DNA of 32,848 bases from Escherichia coli (lineage in GTDB: Bacteria > Pseudomonadota > Gammaproteobacteria > Enterobacterales > Enterobacteriaceae): the NCBI RefSeq assembly GCF_003334315.1, contig NZ_QOWR01000053.1. One strand, 5' to 3'. Below the pieces are notes generated by a model. That model was not told the origin of the DNA. It saw nothing but the letters and a program-made list of their open reading frames with translations, and searched no databases. Positions 10,900 through 21,306 of the stretch are shown one piece after another. Positions within the stretch are counted from its first letter, which is position 1. Every line of letters begins with the position of its first letter. Made by a program: the position numbers and the translations under genes.

Positions 10900-12336
10900 T
10901 TACACCCGTCCGTAGCGATCCGCGAAGCGCACCACATCATCCTCTTCGAGATAAGAGCCGGAGCGCACTTCAATTAAATCGAGCGGAATTTTCCCCGGGT
11001 TTTCCAGGCAATGCGTCGCCCCCAGCGGAATATAAATGGACTCGTTTTCACCAAGCAGTTTGATATCACCGTCGATAGTGACTTTTGCCGTTCCCGCGAC
11101 CACCACCCAGTGTTCCGCGCGGTGATGGTGCATCTGTACCGACAAGCCTTCGCCCGGTTTCACGGTGATGCGTTTCACCTGGTAGCGGTCGCCCGCGTCG
11201 ATAGAGTCATATTTGCCCCACGGGCGATAGACTTCGCGATGTACCCGATGCTCATGGCGACCATCGGCTTTGATCTGCTCGACCACTTTTTTCACATCCT
11301 GCACCGCGTTACGGTCGGCAATCAGCACTGCATCTTTGGTCTGCACTACCACCAGATCTTTCACCCCGACGGTGGTGACCAGGCCAGATTCGGCGTACAC
11401 ATAGCTGTTTTCGGTTTTGTGATTAATCACATCGCCGTGGCAAACGTTGCCTTCCGCGGTGTGGGTGCTGATCTCCCATAATGAAGACCAGGAACCGACA
11501 TCGCTCCAGCCCGCATCCATCGGTACCACAACGGCATCTGCCGTACGTTCCATGACCGCGTAATCCACCGACTCTTCCGGGCAGGCCAGAAACGCTTCTT
11601 CATCCACGCGAATAAAATCGAGATCCGGATCGACGGCGCTCATCGCTTTTTCACAGGCGTCGAGAATATCCGGGCGATATTTTTTCAGTTCTTCGAGATA
11701 GCGTCCGGCGCGGAACAGGAACATACCGCTGTTCCAGTAATATTCGCCGCTTGCCACATAGGCCTGAGCGGTTTCCAGATTCGGTTTTTCGACAAACTGC
11801 GCCACTTCAAAGGCCACCGTATCCTGCTCACCCGCCGACACTTCACCGCGACGAATATAGCCATAACCGGTTTCAGGTAGATCCGGCACAATGCCGAAGG
11901 TCACCAGCTTGCCCGCTTCGGCATATGGCATGGCATTACGCACGGCGGCACGGAACGCGTCTTCATCGGCAATCACATGATCCGCCGCCAGCACCAGCAT
12001 TAACGGGTCGCTCTCCGGGCTATGACGTTTTGCCGCCAGCGCCGCCAGCGCAATGGCAGGTGCAGTGTTACGCCCTGCCGGTTCGAGAATAATGTTCTCG
12101 GTGAGTTTGTTCAGTTGACGCAGCTGTTCCGCGACAATAAAGCGGTGCTGCTCATTGCAAATCACCACCGGGCTTTCGCACTCCACGCCGTTCAGGCGGC
12201 AGATGGTGGTTTGCAGCATGGTGAGATCGCCTTTCAGGCATAAAAACTGCTTGGGGTAAAGTACGCGGGAAAGCGGCCATAAGCGGCTACCGGAGCCACC
12301 TGCCATCACGACTGGATAGAGTTTCGACTGCGCCAT
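10900..12336 (-). CDS. cpsB: Mannose-1-phosphate guanylyltransferase CpsB (ManC)
   Basis: 478 aa, N-terminus [31 protein letters not shown] (nucleotidyltransferase motif) with a C-terminal cupin-type domain. Confidence 0.93.
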   Translation of the reverse strand: MAQSKLYPVVMAGGSGSRLWPLSRVLYPKQFLCLKGDLTMLQTTICRLNGVECESPVVICNEQHRFIVAEQLRQLNKLTENIILEPAGRNTAPAIALAALAAKRHSPESDPLMLVLAADHVIADEDAFRAAVRNAMPYAEAGKLVTFGIVPDLPETGYGYIRRGEVSAGEQDTVAFEVAQFVEKPNLETAQAYVASGEYYWNSGMFLFRAGRYLEELKKYRPDILDACEKAMSAVDPDLDFIRVDEEAFLACPEESVDYAVMERTADAVVVPMDAGWSDVGSWSSLWEISTHTAEGNVCHGDVINHKTENSYVYAESGLVTTVGVKDLVVVQTKDAVLIADRNAVQDVKKVVEQIKADGRHEHRVHREVYRPWGKYDSIDAGDRYQVKRITVKPGEGLSVQMHHHRAEHWVVVAGTAKVTIDGDIKLLGENESIYIPLGATHCLENPGKIPLDLIEVRSGSYLEEDDVVRFADRYGRV

Positions 12337-12338
12337 AA

Positions 12339-13562
12339 TTATCCCCGAATATCATTTATAAATTGACGTAACACGTTCTCTTTATCGAGCGTGCGTTCGG
12401 CATATTCACGTGCCACCGTGTTGTGTTTGGGCAGCAGGAGCGCCTGACGAATCCCCGCCACCAGCGCCTCGACCGATTCCGGTTCTACGCAAACCGCAAT
12501 GCCCGGAAAGGTTTCGCAAAGCTGCCCCAGTTCTGTGTGGGCTTCTGCGGTAATCACCGCGTTACCGCCTACCGCCAGAATATTGGTCAGTTTCGACGGC
12601 AATACGGCATCTGCCGCGCCGCGTTTTTGCACCACCAGATGGCAATCGCCCATCTTCAGCAGTGCGGGTAAAGCGTCATACGATTGCAGCGGGAAAAATT
12701 GCATGTTGCGCAGTCCACGCTGCTGCGCCATTTTTTCCAGCCGCGCTTTGCCGCCGCCCTGCCCGACAATGGCAAAAATCAGCGGTTCATCGCGCAGGCG
12801 ATCGGCAGCTTCAATAACGTTTTCCAGCCCCTGCTTTTCACCAATATTGCCGGAGTAAAGAATGATTTTTTTGTTATCCGGCAGGCCAAGCTGGTTACGA
12901 AGGGCATCAACATCGGCATCTGCAACATGCTGAAAACGGGCAATTTCCGACCAGTTGGGGAAGAAAATGACGTTTTCCGCCGCCACGCCTTTTTCGATGG
13001 CTTTATTCATCATCGAACGCGAAATCGTGGAGACGTTATCGACGTTATGCAATCCGCTACGTTCGAACGCCGTTGCCAGCTGTGCCACTTTGCCGCCTTT
13101 GCCTTTTCCGGCAAGGCCCAGCCCCAGCATGGCGTCCACTTCGTAATCCTGAATATGCAGCACGGTACGCGCACCAGAGAGTTTCGCCAGCAGGCGCATT
13201 CCCGGCGTGCAAAACAGCGTTGGCACCACGCCGATAATGCGATCCGGCTTCCAGCGACGTTGCGCCATCAGAGGAAAGAAACTGCTGACGGCAAAACTGC
13301 TGAGATGTAACAGGCGTTTCAGGGTGCTCGGCTGTTTTGGCACGTACAGCGGGCAGCGCCACACCGTGGCGGCCCCCTCTTCTCGTTTGTAGCGCCAGGC
13401 GGAATAGTTCTCACCCACCTGCCATTGCGGGTAGTAAGGCGGTGCGGTAATGACCCGCACCTCATGACCTTGTGCCGCCAGCCATTCCACCATCTCGCCG
13501 GTGTATTTGCCGATGCCGGTTAACTCCGGCGAGTAGTTAATGCCGTAGACCAGTATTTTCAT
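12339..13562 (-). CDS. wcaI: Colanic acid glycosyltransferase WcaI
   Basis: 407 aa, [35 protein letters not shown]; position between cpsB and gmm. Confidence 0.9.
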   Translation of the reverse strand: MKILVYGINYSPELTGIGKYTGEMVEWLAAQGHEVRVITAPPYYPQWQVGENYSAWRYKREEGAATVWRCPLYVPKQPSTLKRLLHLSSFAVSSFFPLMAQRRWKPDRIIGVVPTLFCTPGMRLLAKLSGARTVLHIQDYEVDAMLGLGLAGKGKGGKVAQLATAFERSGLHNVDNVSTISRSMMNKAIEKGVAAENVIFFPNWSEIARFQHVADADVDALRNQLGLPDNKKIILYSGNIGEKQGLENVIEAADRLRDEPLIFAIVGQGGGKARLEKMAQQRGLRNMQFFPLQSYDALPALLKMGDCHLVVQKRGAADAVLPSKLTNILAVGGNAVITAEAHTELGQLCETFPGIAVCVEPESVEALVAGIRQALLLPKHNTVAREYAERTLDKENVLRQFINDIRG

Positions 13563-14041
13563 AATCCGGGTACTCCGGCACGCTTCTCAGCGAGAAAATA
13601 GGCGCGGCTGTTAGCGTGAACATCGTTACTGGCGAGCAGCGCGTCCGGCGTCAGCCAGCGGTAATCGTCATGCTGCTCATCCGGCAGTAACAGCTCTTCT
13701 TCCGCTACTCTGAAGCGAAAACCGAGCACCACATAGTGAGTGGTGAAATCCGTGCCGGAGAAGTTATCGTCATAAAAGTGCTGCCAGACACCGTAAAACT
13801 GGCCTGCTGTTATCGGCAGACGCAGCCCCAGTTCCGCCATCGTCAGCCGCTCAAATGCGGCTTCCAGCGTTTCGTCTTTCTGCACGCGCCCTCCCGGCAC
13901 AAACCAGTAACCCTGCGCCGGGCGGTTGGTTCTTTTGCCAAGCAGAAACTCGCCGCGACTGTTCTCGACAATAAAGTCGAGAGAGACAAGCGGTGTGGAG
14001 CGCACTACCGTGGCAAAGTCTTCCTGACGTAAAAACATCAT
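13559..14041 (-). CDS. gmm: GDP-mannose mannosyl hydrolase (Nudix) Gmm/WcaH
   Basis: 160 aa with Nudix-like segment [29 protein letters not shown]; 4-bp overlap with wcaI. Confidence 0.9.
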   Translation of the reverse strand: MMFLRQEDFATVVRSTPLVSLDFIVENSRGEFLLGKRTNRPAQGYWFVPGGRVQKDETLEAAFERLTMAELGLRLPITAGQFYGVWQHFYDDNFSGTDFTTHYVVLGFRFRVAEEELLLPDEQHDDYRWLTPDALLASNDVHANSRAYFLAEKRAGVPGL

Positions 14042-15006
14042 TACCCCCGAAAGCGGTCTTGATTCTCAAGGAACCACTGGTAAGTGCTGGCAAGCCCCGC
14101 TTCCAGTGAGATTTCGTGATACCAGCCAAGCTGATGCAGGCGCGTCACATCCAGCAGTTTGCGCGGCGTGCCATCCGGTTTGCTGGCATCAAAAACCACC
14201 CGGCCTTTGTAACCCACCACTTTGGCGATGGTTTGCGCCAGTTCACGGATGGTGCAGTCAACGCCCGTGCCGACGTTAATGTGCGACAACATCGGCTGGG
14301 TGTTTTCCAGCCAGACTTCGTGCGCCAGCTCCATCACATGAATGCTTGCCGCCGCCATATCATCGACGTGCAGAAATTCACGCATCGGTGTACCGCTGCC
14401 CCACACCACCACGTCCGGCGCATTCTGTGCCGTCGCCTCGTGGAAGCGACGCAGCAATGCTGGGATCACATGCGAATTACTCGGGTGGAAGTTGTCATGC
14501 GGGCCATACAGGTTGGTCGGCATGACCGAGCGGTAATCGCGTCCATACTGGCGGTTGTAAGATTCGCACAGTTTGATCCCGGCGATTTTGGCAATGGCGT
14601 AAGGCTCGTTGGTCGGCTCCAGCGTGCCCTGCAACAACTCGCTTTCTGCCATCGGCTGTTTTGCCAGTTTCGGGTAGATGCAGGACGATCCGAGAAACAG
14701 CAGTTTGTTCACGTCGTTCTGATGCGCGGCGTGAATGATGTTGCTCTCAATCATCATGTTCTGGTAGATGAAATCCGCCGGATAGGTGTTGTTGGCGACA
14801 ATGCCGCCCACTTTCGCCGCCGCCAGATAGACCTGGTCAATGCGTTCGCTGGCAAAGAAATCATGCACCGCGCGGCTGTCCAACAGGTTCAGTTCATCGC
14901 GGGTGCGTAATACCAGCTCCACATCACCGCGCTGTTCGAGCTGTCGCCTGATGGCGGAACCGACCATCCCGCGATGGCCAGCGATAAAAATGCGTTGTTT
15001 ACTCAT
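14041..15006 (-). CDS. fcl: GDP-L-fucose synthase Fcl (WcaG)
   Basis: 321 aa, [27 protein letters not shown] (Rossmann GxxGxxG) and a short-chain dehydrogenase/epimerase fold. Confidence 0.93.
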   Translation of the reverse strand: MSKQRIFIAGHRGMVGSAIRRQLEQRGDVELVLRTRDELNLLDSRAVHDFFASERIDQVYLAAAKVGGIVANNTYPADFIYQNMMIESNIIHAAHQNDVNKLLFLGSSCIYPKLAKQPMAESELLQGTLEPTNEPYAIAKIAGIKLCESYNRQYGRDYRSVMPTNLYGPHDNFHPSNSHVIPALLRRFHEATAQNAPDVVVWGSGTPMREFLHVDDMAAASIHVMELAHEVWLENTQPMLSHINVGTGVDCTIRELAQTIAKVVGYKGRVVFDASKPDGTPRKLLDVTRLHQLGWYHEISLEAGLASTYQWFLENQDRFRG

Positions 15007-15008
15007 GC

Positions 15009-16130
15009 TTATGACTCCAGCGCGATCGCCACGTCGTAGCCGTGAGATTTCAGCAGAGAGTGTTTTTTCGCCGCTTCGAGGTCATTAGCCACCATTTCAG
15101 ACACCATCTCTCTGAGGGTGATTTCTGGTTTCCAGCCCAGTTTTTCATGCGCTTTGGTCGGGTCGCCGAGCAGCGTTTCAACTTCTGCCGGACGGAAGTA
15201 ACGCGGGCCAACGGCGATAATCACATCGCCCGGTTTAACGCCCGGCGCGTCATGCCCGGTGACGGAAACCACAATGCCCTTCTCTTCAACGCCCGTGCCT
15301 TCAAAGCGCAGTTTGATGCCCAGCTGTGCTGCCGCCATTTCCACGAACTGACGTACGGAGTACTGAACGCCGGTCGCGATAACGAAATCTTCCGGCTGTT
15401 CCTGTTGCAGCATCATCCACTGCATTTTTACGTAGTCTTTGGCATGGCCCCAGTCACGCAGGGAGTCCATATTGCCGAGGTACAGACACGACTCCAGCCC
15501 CTGGGCGATGTTGGCGATTGCGCGGGTGATTTTGCGGGTAACGAAGGTTTCGCCGCGGCGCGGGGATTCATGGTTAAAGAGAATACCGTTACAGGCGTAC
15601 ATGCCGTAGGATTCGCGGTAGTTAACGGTGATCCAGTAGGCGTACAGTTTGGCGACCGCATATGGAGAGCGCGGGTAGAACGGCGTGGTTTCTTTCTGCG
15701 GAATTTCCTGCACCAGACCGTACAGTTCAGAGGTGGAAGCCTGATAGAAACGGGTTTTCTTTTCCAGACCGAGGAAGCGGATCGCCTCGAGCAGGCGTAG
15801 CGTACCCATCGCATCGACGTCTGCGGTATATTCCGGTGACTCAAAAGAAACCGCAACGTGGCTCATTGCGCCCAGGTTGTACACTTCATCCGGCTGCACT
15901 TCACGCAAAATGCGCGTCAGGTTGGAGGTATCACTCAGGTCGCCATAATGCAGATGGAATTTCGGGTTGCAGGTGTGCGGATCCTGATAAATGTGATCCA
16001 CGCGCTCGGTGTTGAATGACGATGCACGACGCTTAATACCATGTACCTCGTAACCTTTTTCCAGCAGAAACTCTGCCAGGTAAGAACCGTCTTGTCCGGT
16101 TACACCGGTGATGAGAGCGACTTTTGACAT
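15009..16130 (-). CDS. gmd: GDP-mannose 4,6-dehydratase Gmd
   Basis: 373 aa, [48 protein letters not shown], a highly conserved Gmd N-terminus. Confidence 0.95.
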   Translation of the reverse strand: MSKVALITGVTGQDGSYLAEFLLEKGYEVHGIKRRASSFNTERVDHIYQDPHTCNPKFHLHYGDLSDTSNLTRILREVQPDEVYNLGAMSHVAVSFESPEYTADVDAMGTLRLLEAIRFLGLEKKTRFYQASTSELYGLVQEIPQKETTPFYPRSPYAVAKLYAYWITVNYRESYGMYACNGILFNHESPRRGETFVTRKITRAIANIAQGLESCLYLGNMDSLRDWGHAKDYVKMQWMMLQQEQPEDFVIATGVQYSVRQFVEMAAAQLGIKLRFEGTGVEEKGIVVSVTGHDAPGVKPGDVIIAVGPRYFRPAEVETLLGDPTKAHEKLGWKPEITLREMVSEMVANDLEAAKKHSLLKSHGYDVAIALES

Positions 16131-16156
16131 GTCTTATTCCTCTGTATTTTTTGAAT

Positions 16157-16705
16157 TTATTCAGTTTCAACGCGTTCGCGTATCACCACTGCGGGATTCC
16201 CCCGGCAAACCACATTTGCCGGAAGCGATTTAAAAACACTGCTTCGCGCCCCCACGACGGTGCCGTCGCCGATCGTGACGCCAGGGGCAACAAAAACATC
16301 TGTCGCCAGCCAGCATTTCTCGCCAATCACAATAGGCGTGGCGTTAATGGTGAAATGTTGACTTGCATGGTCGTGGCTACCGGTGCATAAATAACTTTTT
16401 TGCGATATCACCGAATGTGCGCCAATGGTTATTTCACCGAGGGTATATAAATTGACGTCATCGCCGACCCACGCGTAATCACCTAAGGTTAATTTCCACG
16501 GATAGGTAATTTTTACTGACGGACGAATAACTACGTTTTTTCCTATTTTTGCTCCGAATAAACGTAATAAAAAAGCCCGCCAGCGATACAATACTTGTGG
16601 CGACCAGGCAAATATTGTTGCCTGTACTGCCCACCATAATTGCACTTTAATAGCGTTGCCGCCCCGGAACCCTTTCGGCACCGAGAAACCGCTTAAATCC
16701 TGCAT
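16157..16705 (-). CDS. wcaF: Colanic acid acetyltransferase WcaF (hexapeptide-repeat family)
   Basis: 182 aa with hexapeptide-repeat segments (ITIGAHSVISQKSYLCTGSHD...VAPGVTIGDGTVVGARSSV). Confidence 0.9.
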   Translation of the reverse strand: MQDLSGFSVPKGFRGGNAIKVQLWWAVQATIFAWSPQVLYRWRAFLLRLFGAKIGKNVVIRPSVKITYPWKLTLGDYAWVGDDVNLYTLGEITIGAHSVISQKSYLCTGSHDHASQHFTINATPIVIGEKCWLATDVFVAPGVTIGDGTVVGARSSVFKSLPANVVCRGNPAVVIRERVETE

Positions 16706-16720
16706 CGTTTTCCCTTATAT

Positions 16721-17467
16721 TCAGCTTTTGTTATATAAGGCTTTCGTCTTTGAGGTAGTACGTTGGCGTAAATGCCAGGATAATTCTGCCCAGAAGCCAG
16801 GCACATGTAATATCTGCCGTTGGACTTTTTTGGCGTCAGCACACAATTCCATATTATTGGTGGTTGATACCCCACCCATGGAAAATTCAGACACCAGGCC
16901 ATTGAGTTTTTTAAATGCATAACCTGCTTTATACATTTTAGCTGCCAGCGCGTAATCAGAAGAAACTTTATATTCCAGGTCATAACGCCATTTTTTCAAA
17001 CCGGATACCGGGAAAAATATCGCCTGATGGCTGGCGGGCAGGCTGTGATAAATATACCAACCCGGTTTAGCACTACGCTTAATTTTATGCCCGTCGCCAA
17101 AATCCAGCAGCGCATCGCCGGTGATCATCACGTTATCTTTTTGCATTTTTAACTTACGAACAAAATTTGCGGCATCCTGATGAAAAATATCGCCCGAATT
17201 GAGAAACAACGCGAACTTGCCTTGTGCCATCGCAATGCCCTTGTTCATGGCGTCGTAGATACCGTTATCTGGCTCGCTGACAAAGCGTAGGTTATAGATA
17301 CTATTGAGATTCTCCAGATACTCACGGGTACCGTCGTTGGAACCGCCATCGACAACAATCCATTCGAAGCTGATATCGTCCGCCTGCGCCAGATGCGCCA
17401 GCGAGGCATGTGTTTTGACTATCCCTTCGAGGTTACGAAACGCGACAGTGATTATGCTAAGCAACAT
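16721..17467 (-). CDS. wcaE: Colanic acid glycosyltransferase WcaE (GT2 family)
   Basis: 248 aa, [20 protein letters not shown]...[12 protein letters not shown] (GT2 DxD-type motif). Confidence 0.9.
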   Translation of the reverse strand: MLLSIITVAFRNLEGIVKTHASLAHLAQADDISFEWIVVDGGSNDGTREYLENLNSIYNLRFVSEPDNGIYDAMNKGIAMAQGKFALFLNSGDIFHQDAANFVRKLKMQKDNVMITGDALLDFGDGHKIKRSAKPGWYIYHSLPASHQAIFFPVSGLKKWRYDLEYKVSSDYALAAKMYKAGYAFKKLNGLVSEFSMGGVSTTNNMELCADAKKVQRQILHVPGFWAELSWHLRQRTTSKTKALYNKS

Positions 17468-17477
17468 GTTCTTATTC

Positions 17478-18695
17478 TTACCTCGTAATATTTAACGCTT
17501 TTCGCAAAATAAACGGACAGACGATTAAAAATGCATATTCCGGGCTAAATATCGAACCGGTAAAAAACAGCGAAACCGGAGTAAAAAGATATAATTGCAC
17601 GCGAAAATTGCGGTTATCACCAAAAGCGTTGATCATCATTTTTATCACTTTCCCCATGTACCACAGCGATAAAAACACCGCGAACCAGGAAAAATAAATA
17701 ATCAGCAGATACAAACCATTGTCTATGGTTTTTCCGACATCCGCACCGTTAAATATTCCGAATGATGCGACATATTCATAAAGTGAGCCAAATCTGACTA
17801 CACCGTCAATATGGGTCAAAGAATAACCGACCATCACCAGCGGACCGACAATACGATAATACGATGACGATCCTTCCGTACCTAAATCGCCCAGACGGGT
17901 GGAAATATAAGGAAACGCGATTACCACACCAACCAGGAATACAGCCAGAGAAATCAATGCTAACGGTAACTTCTTCTTAATCGCCTCTTTATTCAGATAT
18001 TGAAATGCCCACTCCAGCAAATAAAACAGGATAAAGGTCATAACCCCTGAAAACGATCCGGATAATATTATCCCTGCGAGAATCATAGCATCGGTTTTAG
18101 GCGTTTTGATACCAAACTGTTTGATGCTGAGCCAAATTGAGATTAATGCCAGAGCGAAAAATGCCGGTTCGAAATAAAGTGCTGTCGTGCGCTTGCCGCC
18201 GAATTTAATGAAATTCAGTACATAGCTGTTGCTGTAAATCAGATATTTCGAAATCGACTCCATAATACTGCTGCCGCCGGTGAGGATAATTTGCGCCATC
18301 TCCACCGCCGCCAGCGCCACCACCAACCCGACCACCAGATAAAAGAAACGTAATATCTTGCGATGGTTGTGTGGCGAAATCGTTTTAAAGCGAATACTCC
18401 ACACCATGCCAATAATGATCACAATATAGACAAACAGCATGGTTGAAGTGACGTATTTACTGGCATCCAACGACTGACCAAACAGATAGTTGAACGCCGT
18501 GAGTCCCGCACCAATCCCTAAGGCAATCATCAATTTTTTAACGCTGATGCGTTCTAAAAACAGCAGTAACAAGACAGGTAAAAAAGTGACGATAGTGATG
18601 GGGAAACTTTCACCAAGCTGGGCGATTTTGACGTTAACCAGCAGGTAGATCAGCGGCAGCAGCAGGTAGCTACAGATTCTGATAGAAGTTGACAT
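17478..18695 (-). CDS. wcaD: Putative colanic acid polymerase WcaD (Wzy-like)
   Basis: Multi-TM protein starting [26 protein letters not shown]; ATG at 18693-18695 chosen over the upstream start in the ORF track; AT-rich gene. Confidence 0.88.
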   Translation of the reverse strand: MSTSIRICSYLLLPLIYLLVNVKIAQLGESFPITIVTFLPVLLLLFLERISVKKLMIALGIGAGLTAFNYLFGQSLDASKYVTSTMLFVYIVIIIGMVWSIRFKTISPHNHRKILRFFYLVVGLVVALAAVEMAQIILTGGSSIMESISKYLIYSNSYVLNFIKFGGKRTTALYFEPAFFALALISIWLSIKQFGIKTPKTDAMILAGIILSGSFSGVMTFILFYLLEWAFQYLNKEAIKKKLPLALISLAVFLVGVVIAFPYISTRLGDLGTEGSSSYYRIVGPLVMVGYSLTHIDGVVRFGSLYEYVASFGIFNGADVGKTIDNGLYLLIIYFSWFAVFLSLWYMGKVIKMMINAFGDNRNFRVQLYLFTPVSLFFTGSIFSPEYAFLIVCPFILRKALNITR

Positions 18696-19887
18696 ACTCC
18701 TCCAGCATCTGTTGTCCACTGTAGGCGGCGCGGCTGCGTTGGCTGAACTCAGCCAGCGTGGTACCAAATATCGCCTGCGCGATTTCCGGTTTGCTTAACT
18801 GCACCAGTTGCAGCACCTCTTCTTCACTGACGGTTTTACCACCGGATTTTTGCAGCACTTCCCGCGCCGCATCGCTATGGGTGGCGATCACCGGCACGCC
18901 AATCGATAGCGCCTCACACAAAATCAGCGGGTAGTTATCGACGCGAGAACTGAACACCAGCGCATCCATTTGATTGAGCGCGCTCATCAACTTGCGCTTG
19001 TCAGTTTCAAAGCCGTGATTAACCACGTTGCCAGCGGTGAACGGCGAGAACTTACCAAAGGTATGCAGTTCAATTTTGTCGCCCAGCGCCATCATCTCAC
19101 GCACCAGTTGCTGGTTAGTCTTGCCGTCGTAACGCAGGTCATGCGCCACCACCGCGATTTTCGGCTTGCCCTGGGTTTCGCGCACCGGAGGCAAGTCCGC
19201 CAGAATCGCTTCGGTTGCCATATCAATACCATTATTGATAATCCGGCAACGCCCTGGCCCGTACAGACTATTGAAAGCGTCAGCCACATGCTGGCTGGGG
19301 GAAATAAACTGACAGCCCAGCGCCAGCATCTCGCGGAATAACTGGCGTTTGCCCGCCACCAGCTGGTGCGCGCGATCAATCTTCACCGGCGGATAGTTAT
19401 TTAAGGTCGGGCATTTCTGGCAGCCCGTTTTCCAGCCTTCGCAACCGTCGGTAAAGGCGCAGCGTCCGGTAACGCTCCAGTGGTCGTGCAGCGTCCAGAC
19501 CAGAGTGACATCCGGTTTGTGGTTTTTCACCTTTTCGCAAAAGCGCACCACGCTCTTAAGATTTAGCCAGTAGCTGTGCAGCACATGAAAATGCAGGACC
19601 ACTAGCCCCGGTGTGCGAGTAATGGTGCGATATAACTCATTGAAATTGCCAAACAGATCGCGATTAAATAGACGAAACAGGGCAATGTTCGCCATCGCGG
19701 TCATCCGCGGCGTATGTTTGATGACCTGCGGATAGTTTTGATGGCTGACGCTCTCTTTGCCGCCTTTGCCGTAACCGTAGACAAAATGTGACGCCAGCCC
19801 CTGTTGCAGCGCACGCTGGTGGAGATCTAACGCCACACCTGCTGCCCCGCCTTCCGCCAGTCGCACATTAAATTGCAAAATATTCAT
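18670..19887 (-). CDS. wcaC: Colanic acid glycosyltransferase WcaC
   Basis: 405 aa, MNILQFNVRLAEGGAAGVALDLHQRALQQG; its 3' end overlaps the wcaD start. Confidence 0.9.
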   Translation of the reverse strand: MNILQFNVRLAEGGAAGVALDLHQRALQQGLASHFVYGYGKGGKESVSHQNYPQVIKHTPRMTAMANIALFRLFNRDLFGNFNELYRTITRTPGLVVLHFHVLHSYWLNLKSVVRFCEKVKNHKPDVTLVWTLHDHWSVTGRCAFTDGCEGWKTGCQKCPTLNNYPPVKIDRAHQLVAGKRQLFREMLALGCQFISPSQHVADAFNSLYGPGRCRIINNGIDMATEAILADLPPVRETQGKPKIAVVAHDLRYDGKTNQQLVREMMALGDKIELHTFGKFSPFTAGNVVNHGFETDKRKLMSALNQMDALVFSSRVDNYPLILCEALSIGVPVIATHSDAAREVLQKSGGKTVSEEEVLQLVQLSKPEIAQAIFGTTLAEFSQRSRAAYSGQQMLEEYVNFYQNL

Positions 19888-20372
19888 TTAATTACCTTCA
19901 CTCGCGCTTTTTCTCCCACCACCAGCGCGTTGTCCGGGACAGAGTCGAGCACCACGCTGCCCGCACCCACGGTGACGTTGTTACCAAGCGTGATATCACC
20001 AAGAATAATGACGTTGGCACCGAGTTCGACGCCGTTGCCAATGTGTGGACATGCCATGTTATCGGCACCACGATTGCCGATAGTGACGCCGTGGCGAATG
20101 GTGAAATCATCCCCCGCCACCACGTTTTTATTGATCACTACGGCGTAACCGTGATGGATAGTAAAGCGGCGGCCAATGGTCGCGGCGGCCTGGATTTCAT
20201 AACCGAAAAAGCATTCGGTGATAATGCGATACAGCACCAGCAGCGGGGCCGCCCACAGATTGTTGAGGACGTTCTTTTTGCGCCACACCGAACAAAAATG
20301 AGCAACGCGATAGGCAAGAACCATGCAGCACGGGCGTAAACTCCAGCTGTTGGCACGCAGATCTTCCAGCAT
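19884..20372 (-). CDS. wcaB: Colanic acid acetyltransferase WcaB (serine acetyltransferase-like, hexapeptide repeats)
   Basis: Translation from MLEDLRANSWSLRPCCMVLAYRVAHF with hexapeptide repeats (IGNGVELGANVIILGDITLGNNVTVGAGSVV); ATG at 20370-20372. Confidence 0.88.
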   Translation of the reverse strand: MLEDLRANSWSLRPCCMVLAYRVAHFCSVWRKKNVLNNLWAAPLLVLYRIITECFFGYEIQAAATIGRRFTIHHGYAVVINKNVVAGDDFTIRHGVTIGNRGADNMACPHIGNGVELGANVIILGDITLGNNVTVGAGSVVLDSVPDNALVVGEKARVKVIK

Positions 20373-20374
20373 CT

Positions 20375-21214
20375 TTAGCGCCCCCAAATACCATCAGCCA
20401 GACGTTTGCCGTTACGCACCGACAGCAGCGTCAGCAAAGTGCGCCAGGTCATACGTTTATTGCGGATCTGGTAGAGGGTAAACAGCTGATATTTTTTGCT
20501 AGCGCGGTCGAATTTGTCTTTGTGCTTGCGGTAAAAGTGGAAATATCCGGAGAATTTTTTCGGTGACGAGGTGATCTGCATTTCACCGTGATTGATATGC
20601 AGGATCTGCGTCGCTTCTTCCACTTTCCACGGTTCGCCATATTCCACCACCATCCGCAGGAAGATGTCGTAATCCTGTGCCGCTTTCAGTTCGGTATCGA
20701 ACAAACACTCTTTGAAACGCCATGCCCAGGTAAAGACCTGATTGCCAATGATATTGCGTTTATAGAACAGGCGGCGTGAATACGGCGATTTGGGATACAG
20801 TGGCAAACTTGCCGGTTGGGAATAGACTTCACCCTGGCAAACGTAATCGTTAGCGTACAAAAAGGCGTGAGTGACCAGTTGCTGTTTATGGGCGAGGAAG
20901 ACGCTCAGACGGTTGGGTGTCCATTCATCATCATCATCGATCCCGGTGATGTATTCCCCTTGCGCCAGCATAATCGCCTGGTTACGCACCGCGCACGCCC
21001 CGCTGTTAATGTCGTTGTGAATGTAGGTAATACGCGGATCGTTGAGGGCGCTGACGTACTGTTGCAGTTGTTCCCAGGAGGTGGAGCAATCATCCACGAT
21101 GATCATCTCCCAGTTGCTGTAGTCCTGGCGCAGGACCGATTTTATCGCCCGAATCGCCAGTTGTTGGCGGTTCCAGGTCGGCATATAGATTGAGATCAGC
21201 GGATTGTCTTTCAT
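20375..21214 (-). CDS. wcaA: Colanic acid glycosyltransferase WcaA (GT2 family)
   Basis: 279 aa, MKDNPLISIYMPTWNRQQLAIRAIKSVLRQDYSNWEMIIVDDCS, a GT2 N-terminal signature. Confidence 0.9.
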   Translation of the reverse strand: MKDNPLISIYMPTWNRQQLAIRAIKSVLRQDYSNWEMIIVDDCSTSWEQLQQYVSALNDPRITYIHNDINSGACAVRNQAIMLAQGEYITGIDDDDEWTPNRLSVFLAHKQQLVTHAFLYANDYVCQGEVYSQPASLPLYPKSPYSRRLFYKRNIIGNQVFTWAWRFKECLFDTELKAAQDYDIFLRMVVEYGEPWKVEEATQILHINHGEMQITSSPKKFSGYFHFYRKHKDKFDRASKKYQLFTLYQIRNKRMTWRTLLTLLSVRNGKRLADGIWGR

Positions 21215-21224
21215 AGGTTTTTCT

Positions 21225-21306
21225 CCCGGCTTATGAGCTGGTTTGCTTGCCGGATGCGGCGTGAGCGCCTTATCCGGCCTACGGGGCGGTGCGAATGCAG
21301 GCGTCG
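21225..21306. repeat. REP-like palindromic element in the wzc-wcaA intergenic region
   Basis: gccggatgcggcgtgagcgccttatccggcctacgg... matches the REP consensus family (gccggatg...cttatccggcctac). Confidence 0.8.

Noticed and set aside
14116-14910. 264-aa plus-strand ORF antisense to fcl, with similar long antisense ORFs at 15042..15800 (in gmd), 5130..5795 (in wcaK), 7199..7792 (in wzxC), 22084..22644 and 22648..23232 (in wzc), 9432..10016 (in cpsG) and 12684..13310 (in wcaI)
   Set aside because: All lie wholly inside well-recognised genes on the opposite strand; their products are low-complexity, Arg/His-rich, typical of shadow ORFs in GC-rich coding sequence.
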